From assembly GCF_037042905.1 (NCBI RefSeq), contig NC_087250.1, positions 14,696,001 to 14,760,000 on the forward strand: a DNA stretch of 64,000 bases, given 5' to 3'. The position numbers and the translations under genes were made by a program. Within the stretch, counting starts at the first letter, position 1. The number at the start of each line of letters is the position of its first letter. This document shows positions 1-64,000 of the stretch, piece after piece. Below the pieces are notes generated by a model. The model did not search any database and was not told the origin of the DNA. It was given only the letters and a program-made list of their open reading frames with translations. This DNA comes from Lytechinus pictus (lineage: Eukaryota).

Positions 1-734
1 CAACTTTAAAGTGTTGATTGCTTGACTGCCGCTTTACCAACTAAGCTAGCATGCAACCTCTCCAATCTAGTGAAGACGAGTTAACGCCCTCAAGAATTCA
101 AACATTGAAACTGAGAACGGTTATTCCAAAAATCAGAACTCCCGAACTCATCCGCTGCCCAGTATAAATTGTGTCCTTCCGATTCGAGTACACTTGACAC
201 CGTCTAATTCATAGAACCATCTGATGTGTGGAACAGTATACACCTGAGGAATGAGAAGCATTAAATGTGTGCATACGACTAATCCGAAATGATGCAATCC
301 ATGGGGTACATGATGGGGTTACCATGACGATACCTCATCAGAGACGGAGGGATGAAGGGGGCACTTTGGGATAATTTTGGAGGCAGTCGTCAGGTGGGGA
401 TGACGATGAGTCGCCGTGAGTCATTGTGTCATCTTCGCTTGAAAACCGGTGATGTGTTCAAGCGAGTCAAGAGCATGCTAGCCTGTGTCAAAGGCTGAAC
501 CATGTTTTGGTGATGCATGAGTCAGGTTTAGACTCTGTTCAAGTGACGAGTCTTCATATATAAAGTCAGCCTTTTTATTGTCTAGATAAAGAAGTAGTGT
601 ATTGAAAAGTGCCTCCATATGTTATAAGGATTACAATTTTGATTTTATATCATGTCATGTCTGGGAAATTAGACCAAACTAAAATGTCATCAGAAGTCAG
701 AATATTGGTACTGCTCTCAGTCAGTCAGTAATCT

Positions 735-953
735 GGGGGGGGGGGGGGTTTCACAAAGATTTAAGTTAACTTAGAGTCGCACTTAAATGCTGACGCGTAC
801 AAGATATGCAACGCGCAATGTTATTGATCAATACGCAGTAGTGCGCGTCCTCTTCGCATGATCTGACCAATGCGGTCATGCCTTTTATACTGCACGCAAA
901 TAGACATTTAAGTGCGACTCTAAGTCATACTTAAATCTTTGTGAAACATCCCC
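735..953. mobile_element. MITE with about 50-bp TIRs
   Basis: gtttcacaaagatttaagt..acttagagtcgcacttaaatg ... catttaagtgcgactctaagt..acttaaatctttgtgaaac. Confidence 0.85.
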
Positions 954-1787
954 GTGGTTTCAAATCCGGTTCAGTCTCGGACTACTATACCAGTAGAATA
1001 TTGTTTGTGGTGTTTTTTTTTTACCACTTTTCTTTTATTTTCTTTGATGAACTCAATTTATATAATATCATTCTTGATATAGCCTCTGATTACATTCTAA
1101 AAACAGATCTTTCAAAAAATACATTCTGATTAGATTTTAAGATTATCACACTTTCGTGTAGTACAGATAAAATACATTTTTCAAACCATCGCAATATATT
1201 TTCGCATTCGAGTGTTACAAAATGAATTATTTTCAATCAGATTTATTGCTGCTTTTAGAATTGGAACTGGTTTTGAACTGCATGCATGAGGTTGGATGTT
1301 TTAAACTCTAAAAAAAAAACTGGACCCAAGATGTAGCCTTGAAGAAAGTACCTGTATAACAAACATAGAAAATATTTACTTTTTTGTAGCATGTCGATTC
1401 TTATCCTGTATGATATTAAAGCCATATCATTTTTCAGATACTTTTTATCATTCCTTATAAAAGTAGTTATATGTGACATCATGCTTTATTTGCTGATCAT
1501 CAACTATTTCAGTTTTTATGAAATCATAATTTGACCTTGCATTGTTCCATTTTTCTCCCTACTCCATTTTCTTTCATGCATTCCTAGCACCTGGACACAG
1601 AAAATCATAATCACTGGGAGCTTTGTGCCTACGTCATATCATTAGTGCTTCTCTAGCGCCCTCAAGTCTTGCGTTCAAGACCGGCGCTTACACATTATCA
1701 TATTGATTTTGTATGCTTCCATTTGAATTTCATTCCAATAAGCAGCTTCAGAGTTTTATTGCGCAATAGGAAGAGAACAACTTCTTG

Positions 1788-63534
<61,747 letters not shown>

Positions 63535-63706
63535 ATCCCCTACTGGTTTCACCAAACCACACCCTGGTCTCTTAAGGACCACACCCTCCACGCATAGATT
63601 GTAGCCCCCAAAAAATCAGTATGTTTTAACTGTTATTACAAATTTGTTATTATACATGTAACAAGTTTCATGAAATAGGCCCCTAGTCTTTATAAAAGCT
63701 TGTGTA

Positions 63707-63712
63707 AATAAA
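63707..63712 (+). promoter_or_regulatory. Possible polyadenylation signal AATAAA
   Basis: First AATAAA about 170 nt after the stop; the hexamer is common in AT-rich DNA. Confidence 0.25.
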
Positions 63713-64000
63713 AGAGGGAGGGAAATGCTAATGGGTTTTAATTTTTTTTTTTGCACTGCCAAGAAGGATAAGAAGATATTGTGTGGAAAAGTGGATGTCA
63801 AAAATATAATATTATGTAAATGTTTAAGTGGTATATGGAAAGGCTGGGCCAAATGGGACAATGTTTTGTCTTGAGAGTTGGTTATGAGGCAATGGAAAGG
63901 CTATTCAGTATTTGTCAACTGCCCATACTATTGAATGAGGGCATTTCTGCTCCGATGCGGGGCGCGAGAATGTTTTGCTAAGGGCGTTCTTGCACCGACA

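Overview
AT-rich, repeat-dense animal genomic DNA. The repeat repertoire suggests an invertebrate deuterostome such as a sea urchin (inference). Most of the supplied ORF track is spurious. One spliced + strand gene spans the window: a dihydropyrimidinase/CRMP (DPYS/DPYSL/UNC-33 family) gene with 15 shared coding exons (45749-63534) and at least two candidate alternative first coding exons far upstream. These are a long 218-codon exon at 1788-2441 (784-aa product) and a short 12-codon exon at 14921-14956 (578-aa product). The protein keeps all dihydropyrimidinase metal ligands and also has a CRMP-type C-terminal tail. The introns hold candidate micro-exons, degenerate 'shadow' duplicates of four exon boundaries, many non-autonomous DNA transposons with visible TIRs/TSDs, a Helentron-type HINE, tRNA-derived SINEs, an RTE-like LINE fragment, satellites, and complementary (CAT)n/(GAT)n tracts. 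TACATGTA and TA(G)GCCTA words are strongly over-represented, and comparison of repeat copies shows several are insertions at TA sites, consistent with transposon excision footprints. No prokaryotic systems, CRISPR arrays or intact transposase genes were seen. Comparisons to known proteins and TE classes are from memory, not database searches.
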